Shown: positions 1-9,504 of the stretch, piece by piece
Numbering within the stretch: the first letter of the stretch is position 1
How the letters are laid out: every line of letters begins with the position of its first letter
Assembly: GCA_963845195.1 (NCBI GenBank)
Contig: CAWJRH010000004.1
Coordinates: 1,638,104 to 1,702,103 of the forward strand
Length of the DNA: 64,000 nucleotides
Reading direction: 5' to 3'
Origin: an uncultured delta proteobacterium
GTDB lineage: Bacteria > Myxococcota_A > Polyangia > Polyangiales > Houyiibacteriaceae
Made by a program: the position numbers and the translations under genes
The notes under the pieces: generated by a model
What the model was told of the DNA's origin: nothing
What the model saw: the letters and a program-made list of their open reading frames with translations, nothing else
Database searches by the model: none

Positions 1-158
1 AGGACCACCGTCGAGGGATAGATCCCCTCCGACAGGTCGAAGAACTCGAACTGGACTTCGTTGAGCTCGAGGCCAACACGGTATTCGGGCGCCTCGCCGC
101 ACGCCCAGACGAGCATCAGCAAACCGATAGCAGCGCGCTTAGTAAGTGAATTGCACAT
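1..158 (-). CDS. putative lipoprotein, N-terminal part only (gene runs off the window start)
   Basis: The minus-strand ATG at 158 opens MCNSLTKRAAIGLLMLVWAC|GEAPEYRVGLELNEVQFEFFDL..., a signal peptide with a lipobox-like VWAC. The frame stays open to position 1. The start overlaps the last codons of the upstream GH-barrel gene. It is absent from the ORF track because it is under 60 aa in this window. Confidence 0.4.
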   Translation of the reverse strand, partial: MCNSLTKRAAIGLLMLVWACGEAPEYRVGLELNEVQFEFFDLSEGIYPSTVV

Positions 159-3100
159 AAGTTTTGATTTCCCATTCGCGACCTTTCCGGCCCGGGTCGG
201 CCGGATCGTATAAGTATCGATTGGAGAAGCGATTCAAGTTGCGGAACTGACCCGCCACCCCGAACCGCGTCGCCGCAGGCGCGTAGAGCGCGGGCGGCAT
301 ATAGGCATACGATAGATCGATGAGCACTTGTAGCGGATAGGTGAGGTTGAAGTCCTTGTGGTAGTCGTAGGGACCCCAGTCGTTGAACTTGAGGAAGTAG
401 TTCGCGGTGAACGAGCCGAGCGAGTACCAGCCATAGGTGCCGAATCGGGAGACGGTACGGGGGTTGTCGCCATTGGCCTGCCCCTGCCCCGCGTAGACCC
501 AGTTCACCAGGCGCATGTTGTAGGTGAAATTCACAATCGTGCGTGCGCTGAGGTCCCAGAGGTTTCGCGCAGGAGCCGACGACGGAAACGCGAAGAGGAA
601 GTCGGGGCCCACTCCGGTGTCGGGCACTCCGATTGCAACCGCCGCGTCCTGGGCCGTTGGAAGAATCCTGTACACGAAGTCGAGCGCGACCGACACGTCC
701 GCATCTTCGCGCTGGGCATTGTCCCAAGCGTACAGAGGCGTCTCAGGTGTGGGGTCCCAGCCGACGAGCAACTCGAAGCCGTAGGTCTCTCGATTGGAGC
801 GAACCCAGAACGGGTCAGAGAGCTGGTTCCGCGCTTGCACCCCGGGAAAGTAGAGGCCGGTGTTCGGGTCGAAGGCGTCTGGGATGAATGGGAGCGGACC
901 TTCGAGTGGCCGCTGCGCCAGGAAGTTTGGCGCAAGGATCACCTTGCCCAGGTAGTAGCCAATGCCGGATGAGACCGCCCAGTGATTGCCCTGGCCGCTC
1001 TCTTTGAGCGACCACCCGGTGATGGTCATCGTATTGTCGACGCCGCCGTCGCTGACGAGCCCGCGCATTCCTCCTTGCACGTACCAGAAGAACGGCGCCG
1101 CGTTATAGGTGAGCTTCACCTTGCCGCCGAGGGTATCGGCGAACCGAACCTTGCCGTCGAGGATGATGTATCCCGAGTCGAGATACGAAGGGCCGTCGGT
1201 CTGCCGGGCAGTCTCGTACGACTCGCCGATGAAGTTCGAGCGGCCCGAGATCACCCCAGCCTCGAGCTTGACTCGCTTCGCGGTGTAGCCGAAGAACAGC
1301 GTGCTCTTGCGGCTTCTCGGCTGGGGAATCACGGAGCTCGCGAACGTGTCCGGCAGTCGCTGGGCAAAGTCCTCTTGATGTATGACCGCGAACGCAAAGT
1401 CGCCGAACTCACGGTAATACTTGCCCAGAATCGTCGGGTTGGCGCCCCACCACAGCTCAGGGCCGAACGCAATGGTAAGGCCCTTGATCTTGTCCTTGCC
1501 CGTGAAGGTGAGCCCGATCGGCGCGTTGGCATTGTAGGTATCGATGTCGAACTGCTGATGGACCTCGGGATAGAGGCCAAAGAAGTCCCCCTCGTACCCC
1601 CAGTGGTAGTGTCCCGGACCTCGGAAGAAGCTTTCCAACAGGAAGTACTTGTTGTCCCAGTCAAAGGCTGCCTCGTAAATCTGGAAGCGCTCGCTCAGGG
1701 CTACGACGTTGCCTTCGACATCTTCGAAGCCAACCGGCTGTCCTCGGTCTTCGTAGAAGATCTCGTTGATCGGGTTGAGGGCGACGTTGCCAAGCCCGTT
1801 GATCACGACCTTGGCCCGAACCCCCTGCGTGGGCCGGACTTCCATCCCGAGGTAGATCGACTCGGTATCGCCGAACCGCGTGCTGTCTCGGTCGGGGTCG
1901 TTCAGCTGCCGGCCGCCCGTGGTGAAGGTCTCGAAGTCGACGCGCACGATCGGTGTAAACTTCTCGAGCTTGGCTAGCTTGCTCTGGGTATCCGCTGAGG
2001 AGCGTGGACCAATCCGCCCGAAGTGCTGTCGAATCACTTCGATGTCAGTGCCAGGCGCGTACGGGTCGAGTTCGAACGCATCCTGAAGGACGTAATAGGC
2101 TTCTCGCGGATAGACGCTGTAGATACCACGTGAGTTCGCACGCCCCTTGGACGTGATCCCGAACCACTCCTCGTTCATGTTGTTCTCGCCTTCGACATAG
2201 TCGAATCGATAGGCGTCGTTGCCCCATGACGCCGTATTGTCGTGCACGTCCAGGTTGACTTCCTGGTCGTACTTCCACCAGCCGTCGCTCCACTGGAAGA
2301 TCATGCCGCCGATGGCGTTCTGCACCCTGCCCTTCCCGTAGCTCTGCTCGTAGATCTCCTGCCAAAGAGACTGCAGGTAGAGTGCTTGTGCGACCGGGTC
2401 TTCGATGCCGCGCTTTGCGTCGTACGCATCGGAGCCAAACTCGGCGTACATGAGCGGCACCCCGAGCTCGCTCTCAACGCGCTCGAAGAGGTCTCGCGAC
2501 GAGGCGCCTCGATAGACGTTCGTGCCGAAGATATCGATGTTTGGACTCTCTTCTTTGATCACCTCGAGAAAGCCCAAATCCCCATTGACGATCGCCACGG
2601 GGTGGTTGGAGTCCATCGCGTGGATTTGCTCCGTGATCTCCCCGAAGAGTGAGTAGAGAAAGACCGCCCTCGCGTCGCCCTGTTCTGCTTCGGGCAAGTC
2701 TTCGATCTCGTTCGACTTCCAGTAGAGGCCGTAGTTGTTCTCATTGCCGAGCATCCACATCAGCAGGCCCGGCGTGTCTTTGTACTCCGCAACGAGTTCG
2801 GCAATTTCCTGCTTCACGAGCTCTCGGAAATGCTCATCGGAGTAATCCACGGGGCTCACCCAGACACCGTCGATCGTCATCCCGTAACGACCCACCGCAT
2901 GATTCAACGCGGTGTAGATCCCGTACTTCTCGTAGATGTAGTTGATCCATCTGGCCGGAACGCCAACGTACTGCCGAACGACATTGACCCCCATCTCTTG
3001 GAGGAGCCGCATGTCGCCTTCGAGCGCTTCAACGATGATTTCGTCGGGCTTATTCCAAAAGTTGTAGGTGTAGTTCTGCCCAATCGGCATGTATCCCCAG

Positions 3101-3498
3101 TTCATACCGAAGACCATTGTGGGCTTTCCGTCGACCAGCAGCTGATAGCCCCGCTCGTCCTTGTAGACCTCGACGGAGTTCGGGCCGTCGGTCTTGATCG
3201 GCGCGACCCTGGTGGACCCGGGCGGAGGTGCCGGCGGCCGCGTCGAGGCCGACCCGGACACACTCGGGTCGTCGGGGGCCACGGGGCTTGGCGCCTGCGT
3301 GGGCGGCGCGGGATCGATCGCCCGTGGCGCGTCAGTTCCGGGCTCTTCAGGAGGAAACTCAGACTCGCCGGGTGGAGGAATCGCATTGGGACCGGACGGA
3401 GCGCCCGAAGGCGTCGGCGCCCGCGTCTCTTCTCCGAACTGCTGTGCGGCCGCCGTTGCCGACCAGAATGTGAAGAGGATCACAAGAGCGACTCTCAT
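139..3498 (-). CDS. secreted clan GH-A TIM-barrel glycosidase (GH2-C/GH158-like, family unresolved) fused to a ~600-aa C-terminal predicted outer-membrane beta-barrel
   Basis: Part of ORF 139..3627(-). The internal ATG at 3498 gives the signal peptide MRVALVILFTFWSATAAAQQ, followed by a ~100-aa Pro-rich linker. Glycosidase motifs are LMWMLGNENNYG (candidate acid/base Glu) and PLMYAEFGSDAY (candidate nucleophile Glu). The C-terminal ~600 aa is rich in Gly/Tyr/Asn/Asp with alternating hydrophobicity and an OMP-style terminus KTYVQFTY. Confidence 0.8.
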   Translation of the reverse strand: MRVALVILFTFWSATAAAQQFGEETRAPTPSGAPSGPNAIPPPGESEFPPEEPGTDAPRAIDPAPPTQAPSPVAPDDPSVSGSASTRPPAPPPGSTRVAPIKTDGPNSVEVYKDERGYQLLVDGKPTMVFGMNWGYMPIGQNYTYNFWNKPDEIIVEALEGDMRLLQEMGVNVVRQYVGVPARWINYIYEKYGIYTALNHAVGRYGMTIDGVWVSPVDYSDEHFRELVKQEIAELVAEYKDTPGLLMWMLGNENNYGLYWKSNEIEDLPEAEQGDARAVFLYSLFGEITEQIHAMDSNHPVAIVNGDLGFLEVIKEESPNIDIFGTNVYRGASSRDLFERVESELGVPLMYAEFGSDAYDAKRGIEDPVAQALYLQSLWQEIYEQSYGKGRVQNAIGGMIFQWSDGWWKYDQEVNLDVHDNTASWGNDAYRFDYVEGENNMNEEWFGITSKGRANSRGIYSVYPREAYYVLQDAFELDPYAPGTDIEVIRQHFGRIGPRSSADTQSKLAKLEKFTPIVRVDFETFTTGGRQLNDPDRDSTRFGDTESIYLGMEVRPTQGVRAKVVINGLGNVALNPINEIFYEDRGQPVGFEDVEGNVVALSERFQIYEAAFDWDNKYFLLESFFRGPGHYHWGYEGDFFGLYPEVHQQFDIDTYNANAPIGLTFTGKDKIKGLTIAFGPELWWGANPTILGKYYREFGDFAFAVIHQEDFAQRLPDTFASSVIPQPRSRKSTLFFGYTAKRVKLEAGVISGRSNFIGESYETARQTDGPSYLDSGYIILDGKVRFADTLGGKVKLTYNAAPFFWYVQGGMRGLVSDGGVDNTMTITGWSLKESGQGNHWAVSSGIGYYLGKVILAPNFLAQRPLEGPLPFIPDAFDPNTGLYFPGVQARNQLSDPFWVRSNRETYGFELLVGWDPTPETPLYAWDNAQREDADVSVALDFVYRILPTAQDAAVAIGVPDTGVGPDFLFAFPSSAPARNLWDLSARTIVNFTYNMRLVNWVYAGQGQANGDNPRTVSRFGTYGWYSLGSFTANYFLKFNDWGPYDYHKDFNLTYPLQVLIDLSYAYMPPALYAPAATRFGVAGQFRNLNRFSNRYLYDPADPGRKGREWEIKTYVQFTY

Positions 3499-3600
3499 GC
3501 CGCATGCTCGCCCGTCAGCGTGGTGCGTCTCGCGATCCGACTGTGCATTGGTCCGGAATCTCCCGCTCAAACAGGCGGCGAAGCTGCCCGGTCGTCGAGT

Positions 3601-3619
3601 TTGTTCGAAGAGCGAACCA
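3601..3619. promoter_or_regulatory. candidate operator palindrome TTGTTC-N7-GAACCA in the divergent GH-barrel/ROK intergenic region
   Basis: The sequence ttgttcgaagagcgaacca was read directly. The same TTGTTC-N7-GAAC(A/C)A architecture recurs at 6864-6882. It resembles TTTGTT..AACAAA-type operators of ROK repressors such as XylR. Confidence 0.35.
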
Positions 3620-3733
3620 ACTATCAATTCATCTTCGAAATGTCAACAGCGTCCGCTATTTACCCGATGTTACTCAGTCTTCTCAAACCTCGGAGTCGCT
3701 TGACATTTTTGGGGCGCCAGAATAGTTGGTTCG
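3613..3733. repeat. perfect 12-nt inverted repeat pair CGAACCAACTAT (3613-3624) / ATAGTTGGTTCG (3722-3733)
   Basis: Read directly. Both copies lie in the relatively AT-rich 369-nt divergent promoter region. The right copy overlaps a TTGACA (3700-3705)-N15-AATAGT promoter-like element upstream of the ROK gene. Confidence 0.5.
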
Positions 3734-3867
3734 GACTGCGAACGAAGCAGAGCGAGCGGCATCCGAATGAAAGGCATCCATCAGACCCAAAGCTCCGCGG
3801 CTGCTCCTGCTTGCCTTGGACGAGCGGCGTCCGCCTACTGCAACGCGCCTCGCGCCCGAGGCCAGTG

Positions 3868-5106
3868 ATGTTGCGTTCGAGCCGCGCCACGGGTGAAGTC
3901 CTCGACGCGTCAGCAGTTCGAGCTCAGCACAGCCGACTAATTCTGAATCTGCTCTGGGCAGAACGTGAGATTTCACGGGCGGAATTGGCACGACGCACAA
4001 GCCTCAGCCGCTCGACGGTATCGGCGATCGTGAGCGATCTCCTGGACACGGGCCTCGTCGAAGAGGCACGCACGGGGGTCTCGAACGGCGGTCGGCGCCC
4101 GATCATGCTCGGCTTCCAAGACCAATCGAGCTTCATCGTGGGGATCGAGCTGGGCGCTACACACGTCTCATGCGTGCTCACAGACCTACGGTGCAACGTG
4201 AGAGCCTCCTGGTCTGCACCCGCCCCGGTTCGCGATAATCCTCAGGTCGCGTTGGAGAAGCTCACACTGGGAGTACGCGCCGTGCTGGCGGGGGATGAAA
4301 TCGAACCGTCGCAGCTCCTCGGCTTCGGTGTGGCTGTCCCAAGCCCCGTGGACGATGCGCACCCAGGCGAGCTATTGCCCCTCGTTCTCCCGAAATGGGT
4401 GGGCTACAACATCACCGAGCATCTCCGGAAGAGCTTCGAACGGCCCGTGTTCGTCGACAACGATGCGAACCTCGGCGCCTTGGCCGAGCTGTGGTGGGGC
4501 GCCGGCTCCGAAGGCAACGACCTCGCGTACATCAAGGTGGCAACCGGAATCGGTGCTGGCCTGATCATCAACGGCCGCATTTTTCGCGGGACTGGCGGCA
4601 TCGCGGGAGAGATCGGACACATGTCGATCGACCCGAACGGCGCCCAGTGCATTTGCGGGCTCAAAGGATGCCTCACGACCTTTATCGGTACGCCTGCCTT
4701 ACTGGAGCGCGCCGCACAAGCGTCGCGATCGAACGGCTCCGGGAGCCGCCCACCGCGAACCATCGACGAGTTGGTCGACTCGGCCTTGGCCGGCGACCCA
4801 GCATCCGTGGAGCTGATTCGCTACGCCAGCGAGAAGCTCGGGGTCGGCGTCGCCAATATGCTCAATCTTCTCAACCCGAAGACGGTAGTGCTCGGAGGTG
4901 GCATCGCGCGCGCGGGCGACCTCGTTCTCGAGACGGTCAACCGGACGATTCGCGGACTGTCTCTCCCCGCCTCGATCTCGAAGACCGAGATTCGGACCAC
5001 CGGCCTCAACGAGTGGGGCATCGCGGTTGGGGGTGCGACCCTGGTTCTGCAGAACGCGCTCGAAGCTCCGGCTCTCTTTCCCACTTTGGTGCGAGAAGTC
5101 GGTTGA
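3868..5106 (+). CDS. ROK-family transcriptional regulator (NagC/XylR-like)
   Basis: This is the 3' part of ORF 2830..5106, with the start taken at ATG 3868 (MLRSSRATGEV...). It has an N-terminal wHTH (ISRAELARRTSLSRSTVSAIVSDLLDTGLV), a ROK core (DNDANLGALAE) and a Cys-rich Zn motif (CICGLKGCL). The upstream part of the ORF is antisense to the GH gene. Confidence 0.85.
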   Translation: MLRSSRATGEVLDASAVRAQHSRLILNLLWAEREISRAELARRTSLSRSTVSAIVSDLLDTGLVEEARTGVSNGGRRPIMLGFQDQSSFIVGIELGATHVSCVLTDLRCNVRASWSAPAPVRDNPQVALEKLTLGVRAVLAGDEIEPSQLLGFGVAVPSPVDDAHPGELLPLVLPKWVGYNITEHLRKSFERPVFVDNDANLGALAELWWGAGSEGNDLAYIKVATGIGAGLIINGRIFRGTGGIAGEIGHMSIDPNGAQCICGLKGCLTTFIGTPALLERAAQASRSNGSGSRPPRTIDELVDSALAGDPASVELIRYASEKLGVGVANMLNLLNPKTVVLGGGIARAGDLVLETVNRTIRGLSLPASISKTEIRTTGLNEWGIAVGGATLVLQNALEAPALFPTLVREVG

Positions 5107-5152
5107 CCATCTCCCGCAGGGTAGCCGGCTTGCCGAACCTCGAGCGTGCGCG

Positions 5153-6643
5153 GTGAGCGGTTCTGGTTCGCAGCCGGCGCACTACGAAACGGCTCCAGAA
5201 GACCGAATCTCTTTTGCGCACAAGCTGATCTACGGCCTCGGCGGGCTCGTGAACAATCTCCTCGCCGCCGCGATCGGTGGCATGGTCATCGTATTGAACC
5301 TCGGGCTCGGCATGAGTCCTTGGCTCGTCGGCATGCTTGGCGCTCTGCCCCGGCTGACTGACGCCTTCACCGACCCGCTGATGGGCTACATCTCGGACCA
5401 CACGCGTTCGAGATGGGGCCGGAGACGCCCGTACATCTTCGTGGGTGCCATTGCCGCAGGCCTCATCTATGCCCTGCTTTGGCAGCTACCCGAAGGACGC
5501 AGCGAGAGCTTCTACTTCTGGTTCTTCCTCGCCGGATCGCTCGTCTTCTACTTGGCGTACACGGTGTTCGCGACGCCATGGGTCGCCCTCGGCTACGAGC
5601 TCACCCCCGACTATCACGAGCGCACCCGATTGATGGGCGTCCAGAACTTCTTCAGTCAGCTGGCCTACGTGATCTCCCCCTGGTTCTTGCTGGTGATGCA
5701 GTACGAGCCGTACTTCGACAACATGGTGACTGGCGCTGCGGGCCTGGCCATTGCGATCGGCTTGCTCACCGCGGTGGTGGGCGTCTTGCCCGCGATCTTT
5801 CTGAAAGAACCGTTCAACCCTGAAGCAATTGCCGAGCTCGACCAACACGACAGCGCCCTTGCCACCGGACCAGCCGACAAGATGTCCCTCGTGGACAGCA
5901 TGCGCGACTTCTTCAAAGGCTTCGCCGCGACGCTTCGCTTTCGGCCCTTCCTCAAGCTGTGCGCGGCAACCTTCCTGGTGTTCAACGGCTTCATGCTGAT
6001 CTCGTCGTTTCAGTTCTACGTGATCATCTACTACGTGTTCGGCGGCGATAAGGTCGCCGGGGCCGAGTACGTTGGCTACTCGGGTACCATCTCGGCCGTC
6101 GCTACGTTCTTCGTCATCGTGTTCATCACATGGCTCGCAACCAGGGTCGGCAAGCGACGCGCGTTCTTCGTGGCGACCGGTGTTTCGGTGATTGGCTACG
6201 GACTCAAGTGGTTTTGCTACGACCCTGAGACGCCCTGGCTGCTCCTCTTGCCTGCGCCGTTGATGGCGTTTGGCTTGGGAGGTCTGTTCACCTTGATGGG
6301 CTCGATGATCGCCGACGTGGTCGACCTCGATGAGCTCAAGACCAACGAGCGCCGAGAAGGCATGTTTGGGTCCATCTATTGGTGGGTCGTGAAGCTCGGG
6401 ATGGCCGCGGCGCTCGCCGGCGGCGGCATCCTTCTCGAAACGACCGGCTTCGACGTTGCACTCGAGGGAGCCCAGACCGACGCAACCCTCCTGTGGATGC
6501 GTCTGTTCGACATCCTGGTGCCGATGATCTCATCGCTCGCGGCCATCTGGATCGTCGCCTCCTACGGACTCACCGAGGCCAAGGCCCACGAGGTTCGGGA
6601 GGAACTCGAGCGCCGACGCGGCGCCGTCCAAGCGGCTCAGTGA
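5153..6643 (+). CDS. glycoside-pentoside-hexuronide (GPH/MelB-like) sugar:cation symporter, MFS superfamily
   Basis: The GPH signature is LTDAFTDPLMGYISDHTRSRWGRRRPY, with ~12 hydrophobic segments. GTG 5153 is the first plausible start after the ROK stop, so the start is uncertain. Confidence 0.85.
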   Translation: MSGSGSQPAHYETAPEDRISFAHKLIYGLGGLVNNLLAAAIGGMVIVLNLGLGMSPWLVGMLGALPRLTDAFTDPLMGYISDHTRSRWGRRRPYIFVGAIAAGLIYALLWQLPEGRSESFYFWFFLAGSLVFYLAYTVFATPWVALGYELTPDYHERTRLMGVQNFFSQLAYVISPWFLLVMQYEPYFDNMVTGAAGLAIAIGLLTAVVGVLPAIFLKEPFNPEAIAELDQHDSALATGPADKMSLVDSMRDFFKGFAATLRFRPFLKLCAATFLVFNGFMLISSFQFYVIIYYVFGGDKVAGAEYVGYSGTISAVATFFVIVFITWLATRVGKRRAFFVATGVSVIGYGLKWFCYDPETPWLLLLPAPLMAFGLGGLFTLMGSMIADVVDLDELKTNERREGMFGSIYWWVVKLGMAAALAGGGILLETTGFDVALEGAQTDATLLWMRLFDILVPMISSLAAIWIVASYGLTEAKAHEVREELERRRGAVQAAQ

Positions 6644-6863
6644 CCTCCGGCGAATCGCCCTAGCGCGGCAACAGATGAGCCCGGCCGGGCGTCCTGGTCA
6701 GCCAAAACCCCAAGAGTCTCGGGCCTGAACCCGCGTTTAGTCCCCGCCGCTCAGCGGGAGCCCGTAGCCCGTGGAGAATCAGGGGATTCGCGGAAATCTC
6801 GCCGCAATAAATTCTTCTTGATCTTTTCTCGGGACTTGGGCACTCAGTAGCCTCCCTGGACCT

Positions 6864-6882
6864 TTGTTCAAGACCCGAACAA
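6864..6882. promoter_or_regulatory. candidate operator palindrome TTGTTC-N7-GAACAA upstream of the CBM lipoprotein gene
   Basis: The sequence t-ttgttcaagacccgaacaa-a gives a perfect 7-nt inverted repeat (6863-6883), about 58 nt upstream of ATG 6941. It has the same architecture as 3601-3619. Confidence 0.35.
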
Positions 6883-6940
6883 ATCCCCCAGCCACTTCTG
6901 GCTTTGTGAATACGCAAGACGAACAGATGGAGATGTTTCG

Positions 6941-9274
6941 ATGAAGTTTATATCAGCTCACCTGGTAGCCGCGCTGGTCGCGGTTGCCGCACTCGCAGGA
7001 TGTGCGAGTGACACCACAAGCTCCGATGCTTCGGGCAGCGTGGCGGTCAGCCTCATCGTCGGAAACACCGACGTGAAGGCGGTCTCGTTCGACGTGACCT
7101 GCGACTCGGGGACCAACCTGAGCGGACAGTTCAACGTCAACGACGAGCAAGATCCGCCGATCTGGTCGACGATCATGGACCTGCCCCCGGGCGATTGCAG
7201 CATCACGCTCACCGCGTCCGACGCGCAGGGCGAAGTCCTCTGCACCGGCTCCGAAGACTTCACGGTCATCGCAGACGAGACCGTCAAGGTGAACGTCGTT
7301 CTACTGTGCCCGGGTGAGGGCGAAGACCCGCTCGGCAACGTCGAGATCGATGCGACCTTCGAAATCGTCGAAGGCAACCTCTGCCCGCGACTCAACTTCT
7401 TCAACGCGGTTCCGGACGAAGTGCCGGCCGAAGGCTCCGACGTGACCGTTCTCGCGAGCGACCCCGATGGCGGCATGCTCTCGATCCTGCTCAGCGCGAC
7501 GGGCGGCAGCTACGCGGACCCAACCGCAGCATCGACCACCTACACCTGTGATGGTGCCGCTGGCACGCAGACACTCTCCGTCACAGTCAGCGACGGCGAC
7601 GCGGCATGCGACAAGAGCAAGAGCTTCGACGTCACCTGCCCCGGCGAGAACCTTTGCGACAACGTCGTCTGTGAAGACGATGGAAACGTTTGCACCGACA
7701 TCGCCTGCAATCCGGCGAACGGCGAGTGCGAGGCCACGAACAACACCAACGAGTGCAACACGGGTGGCGGCGGCGACATCGCCATCAACGGCGGATTCGA
7801 AACCGGTGCGTTCAACGACGGCAGTCCTGATGCGAGCTGGCAGCAGTTCCCGAACGGCGGCACCCAGGCGATCACGACCGACAACCCGTCCGAAGGCACC
7901 TTCGCGGCCAACCTCATCGTACCGGTCCGCACGCAGGGCGCCCCGCCTGTCGACAACCTCATCAAGAACGCCAACCTGCAGGCTGGAAACCTCACGCCTG
8001 GACAGGCGATCACAGTCACTTGGGACATGCGCGGTGAGCTCATCGGCGCGGGTGGCGTCGTATTCGTCGAGCTCTTTTCGGAGTTCGCGGGCGGAGGCGC
8101 GACCGGAGAGATCTACACCGGCGGCCCGATCTTCCCGAACGCAGACTGGGAGTCCTTTACCTGGAACACCAACCTCGGCGCTGACGTCGCCGGCGGCGTG
8201 ACCCTCCAGCTCAAGGTCTCGTGCGGACCGGTCGAAGGCTGTGGCGCGAACGTCTTCTTCGACAACGTAACGATCGTCATCGAAGGCGGACCCGGCGAGC
8301 CCGGCACCTGCAGCGAAGGCATCTGCGTTCCGAACGCGGAATGCACCACCGCCGCAGACTGTCCGGACACCGGCAACGAGTGTGTGGACGCTGTGTGCAA
8401 CGCGGGGACCTGCGGGATCTCCAACAACACCAACGTGTGTGACGGCGGAGCCGGCACCTGCGACGGGCAGGGCAACTGTGTGCCCGACGCAGAGTGCACC
8501 ACCGGGGCGGACTGCCCGGACGACGGCAACGAGTGCACCGACGCGGTGTGCAACGCGGGGACCTGCGGGACCTCGAACAACAGCAACGTGTGCGACGGCG
8601 GTACCGGCATTTGCGAAGCAGGAGCCTGTGAGCCCATCGCTGAAGTCGTTTACTCGCAGGACTTCAACTCGCTCGATGCGGCCAACGGCGGCGCCCTAGG
8701 CGGCGACGGCTGGTTGGTCTTCGGCAACGTGTTCACCGGCGCCGGTGTCTTCAAGTTCGGCTTCGGACCGTTCTCGGCACCCAACGGCGGCCCAGGGTTC
8801 TCGGCAATCGTCGACGACCAGGGCGGCCCTGAGCAGGAACCACAGCAGCTCAGCGTGTACAACGACTACAACTGCTGCCAGTCGACCAACGAGGGCCACT
8901 TCAACGGCACCGACCTGGTCGAGGCCATTGTCCTGCAGGAGCCACGCCCGCTGGGCGCTCCCATCACGGCGTCCGACATCGGCAAGACGTTCACGTTCAG
9001 CTTCGATGCCAAGAACGGCGACATCCAGCCGCCCACCACGGCACGAGCGTTCATCCAGACGCTCATTCCTCCGTCGTTCGGCCAGACCAACTTCGTCGAA
9101 GTTGACATGACCAACATCGGAACCGACTGGAACCGCTACGAGATCTCGTTGGACCTCACGGACCCGGCCCTCCAAGGCCAGATCCTGCAGTTCGGCTTCT
9201 CGAGCAACGCGTCGGACTTCAACAACTCGCAGAACGTCTACGACAACGTCCTCGTGACCTTGTCGGCACCCTAG
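6941..9274 (+). CDS. surface lipoprotein with N-terminal 4-Cys module, CBM4/9-like domain, Cys-rich repeats and a C-terminal CBM-like domain (putative glycan-binding protein)
   Basis: - The lipobox is AALAGC|AS.
- The N-terminal module is shared with genes 9505 and 17032.
- The segment INGGFETGAFNDGS...FFDNVTIV looks like a CBM_4_9 jelly roll.
- There are two near-identical repeats, ECTTAADCPDTGNECVDAVCNAGTCG.SNNTNVCDGG.
- The C-terminal domain AEVVYSQDF... is paralogous to the C-terminus of 17032..19089. Confidence 0.8.
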   Translation: MKFISAHLVAALVAVAALAGCASDTTSSDASGSVAVSLIVGNTDVKAVSFDVTCDSGTNLSGQFNVNDEQDPPIWSTIMDLPPGDCSITLTASDAQGEVLCTGSEDFTVIADETVKVNVVLLCPGEGEDPLGNVEIDATFEIVEGNLCPRLNFFNAVPDEVPAEGSDVTVLASDPDGGMLSILLSATGGSYADPTAASTTYTCDGAAGTQTLSVTVSDGDAACDKSKSFDVTCPGENLCDNVVCEDDGNVCTDIACNPANGECEATNNTNECNTGGGGDIAINGGFETGAFNDGSPDASWQQFPNGGTQAITTDNPSEGTFAANLIVPVRTQGAPPVDNLIKNANLQAGNLTPGQAITVTWDMRGELIGAGGVVFVELFSEFAGGGATGEIYTGGPIFPNADWESFTWNTNLGADVAGGVTLQLKVSCGPVEGCGANVFFDNVTIVIEGGPGEPGTCSEGICVPNAECTTAADCPDTGNECVDAVCNAGTCGISNNTNVCDGGAGTCDGQGNCVPDAECTTGADCPDDGNECTDAVCNAGTCGTSNNSNVCDGGTGICEAGACEPIAEVVYSQDFNSLDAANGGALGGDGWLVFGNVFTGAGVFKFGFGPFSAPNGGPGFSAIVDDQGGPEQEPQQLSVYNDYNCCQSTNEGHFNGTDLVEAIVLQEPRPLGAPITASDIGKTFTFSFDAKNGDIQPPTTARAFIQTLIPPSFGQTNFVEVDMTNIGTDWNRYEISLDLTDPALQGQILQFGFSSNASDFNNSQNVYDNVLVTLSAP
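8339..8640 (+). repeat. two tandem ~50-codon Cys-rich coding repeats
   Basis: The repeats were read from the translation and the DNA. They are near-identical to the repeats on the opposite strand at 17646-18250. Confidence 0.8.
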
Positions 9275-9297
9275 CCAATCGGGGTTCTCACAGTGAG

Positions 9298-9336
9298 GAC
9301 CCGGCCTGTGCACCCCTCCAGGATCCAGGCCGGGTC
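9298..9336 (+). terminator. putative terminator hairpin after the CBM lipoprotein gene
   Basis: GACCCGGCCTG-(17 nt)-CAGGCCGGGTC forms a perfect 11-bp stem starting 24 nt after the stop codon. There is no clear T-tract. Confidence 0.4.
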
Positions 9337-9504
9337 GACTCACTCATGACACGGCGTCAAGTGACGCATGCTGCAGCAGCAGTTCCATCAGGGACTCCAA
9401 CGAAGCAGCCTTACTGAGCGTAGACACGGTGGCGGGGGCAAACGAGCCCACCGCCATCGTGTTTGCCTGATCTTGGGGGAAGTGACTCGCATCTCTCGAA
9501 TTTC

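Noticed and set aside
2830-3867. N-terminal 346-aa extension of the ROK ORF, and similar long extensions upstream of fumC (to 29407), the GNAT-like gene (to 27812), lysA (from 32287), fabH (from 33174) and the radical SAM gene (from 59204)
   Set aside because: The extensions overlap neighbouring genes or run antisense to them and are Arg-rich nonsense. Internal starts reproduce the canonical N-termini of the families.
6837-6852. Sigma-54-like element TGGGCAC-N-TAGCC upstream of gene 6941
   Set aside because: The GG and GC dinucleotides cannot both be placed at the canonical 10-nt spacing while also matching TGGCAC. The match is therefore too weak to call.
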